Of a DNA stretch of 54,163 nucleotides, positions 45,471 through 54,163 are shown piece by piece. The first letter of the stretch is position 1, and each line of letters begins with the position of its first letter. The notes beneath the pieces are model-generated. The model did no database searches, was not told the DNA's origin, and saw nothing but the letters and a program-made list of their open reading frames with translations. The DNA comes from a virus (taxonomy: Duplodnaviria; Caudoviricetes). Where the stretch lies: the IMG/VR virus record IMGVR_UViG_3300047457_001050, positions 1 through 54,163 of that record; one strand, written 5' to 3'. The position numbers were made by a program, and so were the translations under genes.

Positions 45471-45669
45471 AATCTGTCTCTCCATATTGGTCATCATCAA
45501 ATTCAATCACTAGACCACCTTCGCTATCAATCCTTACTCTAGAAACATCAGGTTGCATTAGCTGTCCTAAAAGAAAAGGAACAGCTTCATCTTCAATTTC
45601 TATGTAATCATGAACACCGTAGTAGGCTAACCATTTTACTACTTGATCTTTTTTACTAGTGTCACTCAT
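45463..45669 (-). CDS. Small acidic hypothetical protein
   Basis: Lies between nrdA and nrdB and overlaps both. Confidence 0.5.
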   Translation of the reverse strand: MSDTSKKDQVVKWLAYYGVHDYIEIEDEAVPFLLGQLMQPDVSRVRIDSEGGLVIEFDDDQYGETDYE

Positions 45670-47978
45670 AAAACACAAGCCTCGCAGTCGGCTTCATCTA
45701 ATTCAATATTTTCAATAGTCTTAATTGTCGCTGTAGTAACTTCAGACTTTGCACCGATTTTGTTGATCAAGCTATAGTAAATGGTTTTAATACCCCATTT
45801 ATAAGCTAGCATTAGATTCTTAGCAATTAAGGTTCCAGGAACCTTGCCACCTTGAAAATAAGCAGGATTATAAAATGTATTGGTGCTAAGGCTTTGGTCG
45901 ATGTAGGCAGCTAGAACAGCGGCAGTTTTAAGATATCCTACACAATCTTTTTGATCCCACATTAACTCGTATTTGTTTTTTAATCGTTTGTATTCCGGAA
46001 CGACCTGAACAAACGATCCTGCTTTAGATTCTTTAACACTAATCAGTTCCATTGGCATTTCAATACCGTTGGTAGAATTTAAAACCACTGAGCTTGATTC
46101 TACAGGGGCTACAGCCATTAGTGTGCCGTTTCTAATACCATACTTTTTCATACGTTCACGTAGAGGTTCCCAATCTAGACTTGGAGTAAAATCAGTTAAT
46201 GTATCAACACCGCTGTTTCTTCTCTCCCAAGGAAATACACCTTTACCATAGTAGGTAAAAGACGAACGATTACATGCGCCACGTTCTTGTGCTAGTTCAA
46301 CACTGGTTTCTGTAAGATAAAAGGCCTGATGTTCCATCCAACGTTTTACTTCGGCAAGACTTTCCTTTTCCCCATATTTTAATCCTTTACGAGCATGCCA
46401 ATACGCAAGATTAGTAATACCTACTCCTAATGGTTCAAAATCATTGTTAGCTAATTTGCTTTGAACAGATAAAAAGTCTTGATAATTAAGTAGGTTACTC
46501 AATGAGCGAACCAATACCCTACAGGCCTTTCGCATATCTTGCGGATTGCGGAACGCACCCCAGTTAATCGACCCAAGTGTGCAAAGAGCAATTCGTCCTT
46601 CAGGATCTTCAATTCTCTGGAAAGGCTTCGTGGGTAGAAGTATCTCTTGGCATAGATTTGATTGATAAATGGGATCAGTGCTTGTATCAAAGGAACCTTG
46701 TTGGATGACGTTGTCAATATTGACAAGGTATATTCTACCAGTGTCAGTTCTCTCTTTAAGAATGCCATTTTTGAATATTTCATCCGCTGACAATACTTTT
46801 TTCTTTTTTGTTTTATCTTGCTCATAGCGTAGATAAAGCCTTTCAAACTCTTTAGTATTACGATAGAATGCTTCGTATAGATCAGGAACTTCATGAGGAT
46901 CGAACAAAGTGATCATTTCTTTGTTTTTATACCTACGCCAAAACATAGCACCTATAACCACGCTATAGTCCATTTGGCGAACACGAGTTTCTTCTGTTCC
47001 TTGATTATTCTTTAATACAATAAGATCTTCAAACTGATAATGCCAGATTGGAAATGTCACGGTGCAACTTGCATTACGAATACCACCTTGGCTGCAAGAC
47101 CTAAGATCTGAATACCATTTTTTCAAAAAAGGAATCATTCCTGTGTGTTTGATTTCACCATTGCGAATGGGGGCACCGAGTGGTCTGATACGACCAATCT
47201 CCAAACCAATGCCAGCACGTTTACTGGCATACTTGGCCATCATTTCTCCAGCAGCAAATATGCTATCAAGGGTATCGTCACTACTGATAAGAACGCAACT
47301 ACTAAACTGTTTAGTAGTAGTGCCAAGACCAGCAAGCACAGGAGTGGCAAGAGTAAAATGGCCATCTGATGCGCACTCATAGTAGTCCTTTACATACTTT
47401 AACCTTTTATCTTTTGGTTCTGCATGAAATGCTGTTGCAGCGGCCACAGCATATCTTACTTGAGGTGTTTCATATATTTGTCCGGTAGCACGATTTTGAA
47501 CTAGATACTTCTCGGATAATTGTGCAATAGCAGCATAGGTATAGTTTTCATCTTTGTCGTGATCGATGAAATATTCTATGGTATTCCAGTCTTCTTCACT
47601 ATACCAATCAAGTAGTTCGGGCGTATACATCCCTAATTCTACATTTTTCTTAATTATAGAATATAGCTTAGGAGGGTGATAATCACCGTAAACTTCTTTT
47701 CTCAGCATTGAAGTTTTTTGTCTACCTGCAACGTATTGATAATTTACGTTATTAATCTCAGGATTTTCTGTTTCGTCAATCAAGTTAACCATAGCCTTGA
47801 GCAATAGCTCGTCGATGGTTTTAGTAGTCATACCGTCATGGAGTTCTATTTGGGCCTTAATTTCAATCATGCTAGGGCTAACCCCATCAATTCCCCTACA
47901 TGCGTTCGCTACTTGTCTCTGTATTTTACTAATATCTAAGGGAACACGATTCCCATTCCTTTTGACCACTGTGATCAT
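45666..47978 (-). CDS. nrdA: Ribonucleotide reductase class Ia alpha subunit with ATP cone
   Basis: VVKRNG, ETPQ, QFSSC, SQGGIR, SNLCQE, CTL, KTIYY and C-terminal CEAC motifs. Confidence 0.97.
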   Translation of the reverse strand: MITVVKRNGNRVPLDISKIQRQVANACRGIDGVSPSMIEIKAQIELHDGMTTKTIDELLLKAMVNLIDETENPEINNVNYQYVAGRQKTSMLRKEVYGDYHPPKLYSIIKKNVELGMYTPELLDWYSEEDWNTIEYFIDHDKDENYTYAAIAQLSEKYLVQNRATGQIYETPQVRYAVAAATAFHAEPKDKRLKYVKDYYECASDGHFTLATPVLAGLGTTTKQFSSCVLISSDDTLDSIFAAGEMMAKYASKRAGIGLEIGRIRPLGAPIRNGEIKHTGMIPFLKKWYSDLRSCSQGGIRNASCTVTFPIWHYQFEDLIVLKNNQGTEETRVRQMDYSVVIGAMFWRRYKNKEMITLFDPHEVPDLYEAFYRNTKEFERLYLRYEQDKTKKKKVLSADEIFKNGILKERTDTGRIYLVNIDNVIQQGSFDTSTDPIYQSNLCQEILLPTKPFQRIEDPEGRIALCTLGSINWGAFRNPQDMRKACRVLVRSLSNLLNYQDFLSVQSKLANNDFEPLGVGITNLAYWHARKGLKYGEKESLAEVKRWMEHQAFYLTETSVELAQERGACNRSSFTYYGKGVFPWERRNSGVDTLTDFTPSLDWEPLRERMKKYGIRNGTLMAVAPVESSSVVLNSTNGIEMPMELISVKESKAGSFVQVVPEYKRLKNKYELMWDQKDCVGYLKTAAVLAAYIDQSLSTNTFYNPAYFQGGKVPGTLIAKNLMLAYKWGIKTIYYSLINKIGAKSEVTTATIKTIENIELDEADCEACVL

Positions 47979-48011
47979 AGGACTTCACCTCATTTTATTT
48001 GGATGAGATAT

Positions 48012-48449
48012 TTACCTCGGTGTGGTCAACTCTATTAAGTTTTCAACCTTAAACGAATCAGGCAGATTTTTTATGTCTACAGGCCCATTATCGCTATAGT
48101 TTATGACCCAGGAATTATCTACATATACTAGATTATACTCTCTTTGACTGCTAATGTCTACAGCAGTTTGAAGGAAAATATCAGATTCATTAAACCGTTT
48201 TGTAATTTTCAGTGTCCAACCTATCATTAAGGCCTTGGTAAAATCGTCATATTTGTTTTTGGCGATGATTTCCCAGGGACTAGGCCATGCATTTTGGTAG
48301 TAATGATCTATATACTGGTTATAGGGTATAAATGGAGCTTGATTCCAAAAATCCCACACTTCCTGTAATGGATTTGAGGATTTTTCTAATTTTCTTCTAA
48401 ATTCTAACCAAGTTTCTAATCTTTTTTCTACGGTTTCTTCAAACATCAA
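48012..48449 (-). CDS. Hypothetical phage protein
   Basis: WPSPWEII motif; coupled ORF. Confidence 0.6.
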   Translation of the reverse strand: MMFEETVEKRLETWLEFRRKLEKSSNPLQEVWDFWNQAPFIPYNQYIDHYYQNAWPSPWEIIAKNKYDDFTKALMIGWTLKITKRFNESDIFLQTAVDISSQREYNLVYVDNSWVINYSDNGPVDIKNLPDSFKVENLIELTTPR

Positions 48450-50440
48450 GTTAACATTATATTGGATTGGTATTCAACATATACTGGGGCACCAAATCCC
48501 CCAACCCTATTGATTGTAGTGCTAGTGCTTATACTGAAACTAGTTGCTGTAACAATATTTGTAGCCGCAGATGCTTGTAATGAAAGCCCTGTAATTCCAC
48601 CGCCGCCGTCAATACCTGTAACTGTTAGACTAACATTATTAGCTGGGCTAGTTGCAGTAAAAATTCCGGTGGTAAACCAATAACCCTCAATTCTAATATT
48701 ATCACCTACTTTATAATTTGATCCAGCTGTTGCTATTGAAACTGTATAAGTTCCTGCTGTTGCTACACCTGAATAGGCAGGAAAAGGATTATTATTTACA
48801 TTAAAGACAGCTCCTGTTCCTGTTGGATCTGGATTAGTAACTTTAAATTTTATATTTTTATTTGCACTGCTAATTTCAGGAACCCAATCAATTTCTCCAT
48901 CATTAGTCAGAAAATTGTAGTTATCGGACACTTGAGCAGTAGGATAAACTCCGCTGGGCACATAGATGTCTAAGTTACCTCTTCTATCTATATTAGTAGT
49001 TCCACCAACATTATAAACATGATATTTTACAGTTATATACTGTGCATTACCTGTAATAGGATAGATCAACACCGTTGAAGTAGTTCCTTGTGGAACAATT
49101 TTTGTTTTTACATTAGAATCTTGAATAACTGTGTGACCTGTGACATATGGTTCATATAAGTTATCTGCTATATCTGCAACTGCTAATTCATATTCAGTTC
49201 TATGAAAATAATCATTTTGGCTGATATTTCTTAAGGTTCCGAAATTGATAATAGCTGTGCTGCTTGCAGTGGTATTAAACCCAGTTCTATAATTACCTAC
49301 ATTCCAAAATTTATTATTCTGACTCACATGATTTGTTACAGTATTTGCAGTGTCAGAATAGGCGTAGATACCTTCACGATCGATTAGATCAAAATAGCTG
49401 TTTGAAATGGTTGCAAATAATGGTTCAGCACCTAATTCTTCAGATTTAAGAACTACACCTCTGTTTAATTGAATATAATGATTATTATTTAAAACAGTCG
49501 ATCTAGCATAAGATCCAACTTTTACTCCGTAATATAACCCATCAAATTGGCAGTTTTCTACGGTAACATGATCACTTCCTACTAACCCAACCCCTTTAAT
49601 TTCAACGCCAACGTAGCTTGATGTAGTTGTGGCTGTATTTCCTTCAAATCTTACATCTTTAACTGTAGAATGACTTGAGCAATCCAGCGCTATAAAACTC
49701 AATGTTGATGTGCCCGTATGAACTAGGCTCATCCTTTCTATAATTATATTATTTGATCCTGGACTAGTAATGTTAGGAAATTGGGCATAATCGTTAGTAG
49801 TTGATGTAGAACCTACTGTTTGAAAAAAGTGTTGATTTGATGAGCTTTGAATGAGCCTTGTGTTACCTATACCTTCACCTGCTATTTTAGCATAAGGAGG
49901 AAGATATAAAGTTTGGCTAATTTTATAATCTCCTGCTGGGATTACTAGTATTTTTTGAGAACCTGTAGTGGCTATGTTAAAATCAATATGCCTATCTCTT
50001 AAAAATAAGCTCAAAATTGCAGTTTGAATAGGTCCGGTATCGTCGTTTATTCCATCACCGGCTGCTCCGAAATCTCTTACGTTTACACTATCATCTAGTT
50101 TATTTTGAACAGATCTTTCCCATTCATCAGCGATAGCAGATGCAACATCTGGATAATTTGTTGAGCTAGTTGCTATACCAGTTCCATCTCTATAGGTATA
50201 AACCGAGGATGTATTTAGGCCTGTGAGATTAGAGCTTGATGAAAAGAAATTCCTAAGATCGTTCTCAGTTAATACTCTTATGTTGGCATCTCTTGCACCA
50301 CCGTCAACACGACGAAGACCGATATACAAACGTTCAGTATCAGATGCCCAACCGAACTCACCACTCTCAAGAATAGGAACGCCTGTTTGATTTTCCTGCC
50401 CGCGGCGAACTTGAATTCGACTAATCTCAACTACAGCCAT
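48446..50440 (-). CDS. Virion tailspike-like protein with N-terminal attachment domain and pectate-lyase-like beta-helix
   Basis: IQVRRG..LESGEFGW..T.RLYIG N-terminus; VNVRDFGAAGDGINDDT..IQ.A and IPAGDYKI motifs. Confidence 0.8.
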   Translation of the reverse strand: MAVVEISRIQVRRGQENQTGVPILESGEFGWASDTERLYIGLRRVDGGARDANIRVLTENDLRNFFSSSSNLTGLNTSSVYTYRDGTGIATSSTNYPDVASAIADEWERSVQNKLDDSVNVRDFGAAGDGINDDTGPIQTAILSLFLRDRHIDFNIATTGSQKILVIPAGDYKISQTLYLPPYAKIAGEGIGNTRLIQSSSNQHFFQTVGSTSTTNDYAQFPNITSPGSNNIIIERMSLVHTGTSTLSFIALDCSSHSTVKDVRFEGNTATTTSSYVGVEIKGVGLVGSDHVTVENCQFDGLYYGVKVGSYARSTVLNNNHYIQLNRGVVLKSEELGAEPLFATISNSYFDLIDREGIYAYSDTANTVTNHVSQNNKFWNVGNYRTGFNTTASSTAIINFGTLRNISQNDYFHRTEYELAVADIADNLYEPYVTGHTVIQDSNVKTKIVPQGTTSTVLIYPITGNAQYITVKYHVYNVGGTTNIDRRGNLDIYVPSGVYPTAQVSDNYNFLTNDGEIDWVPEISSANKNIKFKVTNPDPTGTGAVFNVNNNPFPAYSGVATAGTYTVSIATAGSNYKVGDNIRIEGYWFTTGIFTATSPANNVSLTVTGIDGGGGITGLSLQASAATNIVTATSFSISTSTTINRVGGFGAPVYVEYQSNIMLT

Positions 50441-50443
50441 AGA

Positions 50444-50468
50444 AAATATCCCCTTATGGGATATTTAT
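50444..50468 (-). promoter_or_regulatory. Late-type TAAATA promoter overlapping an SD-masking hairpin
   Basis: Minus strand AT-AAATATCCC-ATAAG-GGGATATTT, 3 nt before ATG. Confidence 0.7.
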
Positions 50469-50483
50469 CCAGCTAGTGGTTGT

Positions 50484-51173
50484 TTAAGTCCTGTAGTATT
50501 CTTCTACCTTATCAATCCAGCGTTTTTCCCAATAAAGGTATTCATCTGGCCACAGATCAAACTGTTGATATTGTAGATCTCTAGAACACATGAATACATG
50601 TCCTTCTTTAATATCGGTTCCATAAACTGCATTATGAGCCATAATATAAGCTACTAGTTGAATTTTATAATCATCTATCCAAGCTTCTTTTTTTAGTTTA
50701 TTTGTCTGTTTATGATCCATTACAGCAGGACTACCTTTAAAAACACCTACTAAATCTGTAGTTCCGCTATATAACCCGGGATAGTATAAGCTCTGCTCCA
50801 TAGCCCAAACTTCATCTACATGTTTTAGACCGTTTTCAATAATGACATCAGCCATCTTATTAGCTTGAACATGCACAGGGTTATTGCCTGGCTGTCTTTG
50901 AATTCCTGCAATAAATCTTTCCAAATTGCCATGCATGGCTGTGCCAATTCCAGCAGCCTCAGTAGTTATTTGCTGAGCCTTTTCGTGCCCTATTCTGTCA
51001 CGCCATTCATTTAGGGCTGTCATGTCCTTTGTTGAACTTAAGATAGTAGTAACACTGGGCAAGCGTTCGCCGTCTGGTGTAAGGTAAACTCTTTTACGAG
51101 TTACTGGATCATTAATTTGTTTACAGTTTTTATATTGAAATCGATCAACAAATGGTGGTGGAGTATAATTCAT
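50484..51173 (-). CDS. PD-(D/E)XK exonuclease (RecB/Cas4-like phage exonuclease)
   Basis: LPSVTTIL, GTAMH, E, GTTD, DHKQT and QLVAY motifs. Confidence 0.85.
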   Translation of the reverse strand: MNYTPPPFVDRFQYKNCKQINDPVTRKRVYLTPDGERLPSVTTILSSTKDMTALNEWRDRIGHEKAQQITTEAAGIGTAMHGNLERFIAGIQRQPGNNPVHVQANKMADVIIENGLKHVDEVWAMEQSLYYPGLYSGTTDLVGVFKGSPAVMDHKQTNKLKKEAWIDDYKIQLVAYIMAHNAVYGTDIKEGHVFMCSRDLQYQQFDLWPDEYLYWEKRWIDKVEEYYRT

Positions 51174-51179
51174 CTAGTA

Positions 51180-51207
51180 ATTATACTATTAAATTCTAAT
51201 TTGTCAA
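51180..51207 (-). promoter_or_regulatory. Sigma70-type promoter, leaderless geometry
   Basis: TTGACA, 16-nt spacer, TATAAT, then 6 nt to ATG. Confidence 0.8.
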
Positions 51208-51563
51208 ATTTTTGAGCCGTGAGCTGGACTTAAAGTTTTAGCATTACTACTAGCCATAGCATCTACACTAGGACCTCCAGATTTGGTCATGGCTTTTAGC
51301 TTTTCTGGATTTTTTAATAATACACCTCCACTATCGGAAATATCAAAGACATCTCCAGTGGGGTCAATCTTATCTTTAAACAATTTTAAAGTGTCAACAT
51401 CAGTGATGCTAAAGCCTAGATCACGAGCTATATCTTTTACCACAGCAAATGGTAATTCTTTTCCTGATCCAGACTTTTTAGATTGTCCTTGTCTTACTGA
51501 CAAAGCACTTCTTAAGGATCCTATGTCATAGCTAGGATCCTCTAAAAGCTCAACGATTTTCAT
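51204..51563 (-). CDS. Hypothetical phage protein
   Basis: Coupled ORF. Confidence 0.55.
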   Translation of the reverse strand: MKIVELLEDPSYDIGSLRSALSVRQGQSKKSGSGKELPFAVVKDIARDLGFSITDVDTLKLFKDKIDPTGDVFDISDSGGVLLKNPEKLKAMTKSGGPSVDAMASSNAKTLSPAHGSKI

Positions 51564-52999
51564 CTTGCTAGTTTGCTAATAATACTATGACTTTCTGCTA
51601 GCTTGCGAGCAAATTTACTTTCACGCATTTCACGTCCAGATGCTTCAGGACCTCCCGCAGCAGCATCACTGGCAGCAAACTCATCGCCAGGTTCGTTCAT
51701 CATGTCGGGTTCAGCTGCATCTAAACCCGGCTCAGGAGCAGTGTCCATTCCCATTGGTTCTGTGGGCATTTGCTCTCCTGCTAGAGCCGCTACAGCATTA
51801 CTAATGGCTTCACGCTGTTGTGTTAACATTTCTAATGTTTGACTTAGAGCAGGACCTACAGCATTTTTAAATGCTTCTGCCTCTGCTGGACCAAAATCAC
51901 TACGAATTTTATCTGCAAGTTCAATCATAGACTTTGTCTGATACTGCCCAACACGTTGCATCCATGATGTGTAATCATTTACAATATCACCAGCCGCTGT
52001 AATACTCTTGGCTTTTTCTTCTTCATTTTCACTGAGTAAGTATGCTAGGCTTTCATTTACCAAACGGACATTCTGCTTAAATTGGCTTTCTTTTAAACGT
52101 CCATCTTTTTCTGCTGATCTTAACATTGCGGCACGATCTGCGTAACTACTACGCTTGACATCTTTAGCAGCCTTCTTTTCACCTGGTGTAGGATCTTTTA
52201 CGTGCTTTAGTGGATCAAACTTTTTTCCATCATCCTTTCCTTCCATTGTGCCACACTCTTTTAAGCCATGTACTGGGCACTTTTTACCTTTAGGTGTATG
52301 GTTACACTTGTCCTCTGCGGCTTCTTTTACACCAGGCTCGTCCTGCTTGGCGCTCTGCGCTTTGCCTTTAACCAATTTGCCTTTAACCTGTGTAGCATGT
52401 AGTCTTGCTGCTTGATCACCTTGTTTGCCTTGATGGAAGCTGGTAAAAGGAACTTTACCCTCTGGTGGTTTAGCATCGTGTTCAGGATTGTCATAACCTT
52501 TGCCTTTTACACGAGCTTCTGCTGTTGCTTGATCTTTCTTCTTTCCACCCTTTTGATCTTTTCCAGTAGCACCGGCGATTACATCGCCTCTAGTAACTTT
52601 ATCAAAAGGGGGATAATTGTTGGCTAAGTTGCCATCATCGGTTCCTTTAGTTTTTTTAGTATGTTTAGGTGCTCTGACACCTTTTTTAGCTTCTGATAAT
52701 GCATCCAAAGCATCTAATTTATCTCTTAGTTTTTTGATGTCTTCACCTAACATTTCTTTAATCCTTGTGTTGAGCAATTGCAACATAGCTTTATCTTTTT
52801 GATATGATTCGTCTGTTAGCAATGCATTGATACCGGCCGACCCTTCTTTCTGAAAAACCCTTGTTCTTAATTTATTTCTAAAATCTTCAAGCTGTTCTCT
52901 ATTATAATCTTCAAGATTAATACTTAAGCCAAATGACTTTGATAAATTTTCCTGTAGAGTCTTACTGGTTAGTCTCTTATTAAATTCAGCAGTTTTCAT
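51560..52999 (-). CDS. Highly charged phage protein (possible head-internal/scaffold protein)
   Basis: Lys/Glu-rich low-complexity centre, repeated (L/V)xE sites, TAAATA upstream. Confidence 0.5.
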   Translation of the reverse strand: MKTAEFNKRLTSKTLQENLSKSFGLSINLEDYNREQLEDFRNKLRTRVFQKEGSAGINALLTDESYQKDKAMLQLLNTRIKEMLGEDIKKLRDKLDALDALSEAKKGVRAPKHTKKTKGTDDGNLANNYPPFDKVTRGDVIAGATGKDQKGGKKKDQATAEARVKGKGYDNPEHDAKPPEGKVPFTSFHQGKQGDQAARLHATQVKGKLVKGKAQSAKQDEPGVKEAAEDKCNHTPKGKKCPVHGLKECGTMEGKDDGKKFDPLKHVKDPTPGEKKAAKDVKRSSYADRAAMLRSAEKDGRLKESQFKQNVRLVNESLAYLLSENEEEKAKSITAAGDIVNDYTSWMQRVGQYQTKSMIELADKIRSDFGPAEAEAFKNAVGPALSQTLEMLTQQREAISNAVAALAGEQMPTEPMGMDTAPEPGLDAAEPDMMNEPGDEFAASDAAAGGPEASGREMRESKFARKLAESHSIISKLAR

Positions 53000-53026
53000 A
53001 TTAAATCCAAAGAATTGATGTTTTAT

Positions 53027-53500
53027 TTATTCAATTTTTAATAGTTTTTCAAAACCTTGAACAATTTGTGTATGTAGTAGTTGCTTTCGAAGCCTTGCAG
53101 TATTAAACTTTTCTATAAAAATTTCTGCTTGATCGTAAAGTTTCTTTTTTCGATATTTCAAATATCTTTGTTTATATAATGTTTCATCAAAGCATAAATG
53201 ACCGTATTTACGATCTGCATTTAACACATCACGATCAGACCATAATCCCAGTGCCAACTTGTTAGCTAATATAGCCGCAGTATGTGGTAGATTGATGTTT
53301 TTTTCTATAGTAGTTTTATTACTATCTATAATTGAATAAAAACCCGAAGAATCTTTCACAATACTGAAATTCCCTACTCGCACTGATCCGTCAGTGTTAA
53401 GACTAGCAGGAACTAGTCCTTTCTTTCTTAGATCTTTTTTAACAGTTTTAGTTAGATCAGAAAAATCCTTAAAAATTTCATCTGAGGTTTTTCTAATCAT
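53027..53500 (-). CDS. Hypothetical phage protein
   Basis: Coupled ORF. Confidence 0.55.
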   Translation of the reverse strand: MIRKTSDEIFKDFSDLTKTVKKDLRKKGLVPASLNTDGSVRVGNFSIVKDSSGFYSIIDSNKTTIEKNINLPHTAAILANKLALGLWSDRDVLNADRKYGHLCFDETLYKQRYLKYRKKKLYDQAEIFIEKFNTARLRKQLLHTQIVQGFEKLLKIE

Positions 53501-53733
53501 GGCGCCTTATTGAGAATCGTTACTATCAATCCAATAATACCTACTAGCACTGTGCCAGCAGTTCCTATCATAACTTTAATAGTATCGCCATGACTTTTTT
53601 CAATTGTAGATTGAAGTTTTCCAACCTTGTCCTCGATTGCACTAAGGCGTTTATCTAGAGCATCATATCTTTGAGCGCATAACTCAACATGTGCTTCAAG
53701 GTTCTCTTTTTCTATATCTGTTGCAACAGCCAC
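53497..53733 (-). CDS. Small coiled-coil protein with C-terminal TM (XhlA-like)
   Basis: LEAHVELCAQRY coiled coil then TM; GGAG SD. Confidence 0.6.
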   Translation of the reverse strand: MAVATDIEKENLEAHVELCAQRYDALDKRLSAIEDKVGKLQSTIEKSHGDTIKVMIGTAGTVLVGIIGLIVTILNKAP

Positions 53734-53768
53734 TTGAGGTCTCCTGGTATAGAACTGCTTGATTGTGC

Positions 53769-54163
53769 CTAAATGGTGCCTTTGATTGCCTTGACGGTGG
53801 TATTTTTATTTTCTGGATCTTTTAAGTCAAAGATCGATTTAGAAATATTTATCGATTCAGTTAAATTTTGAATGATAGGAACTTCATGTAGATCATTAAC
53901 TAAACATCCTATCTCACTGATTCCGTCTGAATAAACTCCTGATCTATCAGGAGCAAATCTGAATGTCCACACGTTTTGTTTGCCCTTAAATTTAGTTCCA
54001 AAATTCATACCCTTAATGTCTTTAGTTTCCATAACAGGGTCAGTGTCATAGTTAATGATAGACCGTAATTCTATACACTGCTTTAATGTAACAAAATTAC
54101 GATACTGGTCATGCTCCTTAAGTTGACCGGATCTAGGTTTGGTTATTTTAGTATCAGTGATAT
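53769..54163 (-). CDS. Hypothetical phage protein, 5'-truncated by the window edge
   Basis: The reading frame stays open from 54161. Confidence 0.6.
   Translation of the reverse strand, partial: ITDTKITKPRSGQLKEHDQYRNFVTLKQCIELRSIINYDTDPVMETKDIKGMNFGTKFKGKQNVWTFRFAPDRSGVYSDGISEIGCLVNDLHEVPIIQNLTESINISKSIFDLKDPENKNTTVKAIKGTI

Noticed and set aside
44367-47978. Introns or inteins in nrdA and nrdB
   Set aside because: Both ORFs are continuous and of normal length.
50484-51173. Cas4-like nuclease as a sign of CRISPR-Cas
   Set aside because: No array or other cas genes, and no Fe-S cysteine set; it is an ordinary phage PD-(D/E)XK exonuclease.
1555-52802. Many short antisense or nested ORFs in the track (e.g. 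1555-1914, 16416-16721, 35545-36984, 46069-48006, 51283-52802)
   Set aside because: They shadow well-supported genes and show no recognisable motifs.
53760-53795. Three AGGCA repeats on the minus strand, with similar ones upstream of the dnaE-like gene
   Set aside because: Too short and partly coding; cannot be told from chance without genome-wide statistics.
1-54163. Cellular chromosome origin; alternative genetic code; tRNA or rRNA genes
   Set aside because: Host-like genes lack their normal operon partners (pstS without pstCAB, dnaK without dnaJ/grpE) and are interleaved with virion genes. All three stop codons end full-length genes. No tRNA or rRNA was recognised by eye, though no scan was run.

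Overview
This window is a segment of a large AT-rich tailed-phage genome with T4-like regulation, not a cellular chromosome. It mixes virion-type genes (collagen protein, pectate-lyase-fold tailspike-like protein, CHAP/NlpC-like hydrolase), class Ia ribonucleotide reductase and exonucleases with many host-like genes, and has recurrent T4-late-type TAAATA promoters. A proteobacterial (probably betaproteobacterial, aquatic) host is an inference from the host-like proteins. Layout: 1-9.5 kb sugar-nucleotide/glycosylation cluster (RfbH, ThDP enzyme, aldolase, dehydratases, glycosyltransferases); 9.5-12.6 kb small membrane proteins, lipoprotein, fatty acid desaturase, collagen protein; 12.6-16 kb two class III nucleotide cyclases (one CHASE2-type); 17.6-23.4 kb phosphate-starvation island with three Pho-box-like sites (phoX, an unannotated 8-Cys peptide, pstS, plcP-like, frameshifted agt-like GT4); 23.7-25.3 kb PHP-less miniature DnaE; 26.7-31.9 kb curli-like operon (csgF, csgG, curlin, FecR-domain protein, PA14-curlin); 33.4-37.8 kb heme oxygenase, bilin reductase, clpS, hsp20, dnaK and a stand-alone HemA dimerisation-like domain; then bS21, nrdAB, glutaredoxin and structural genes. 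The best candidates for an undescribed system are a phage envelope-spanning curli-FecR-CHASE2 cyclase signalling chain and a PhoB-wired phosphate island with membrane-lipid remodelling and a fold-back Cys-rich leader peptide. All calls come from reading motifs by eye; no database search or folding computation was run. No tRNA, rRNA or CRISPR array was seen.
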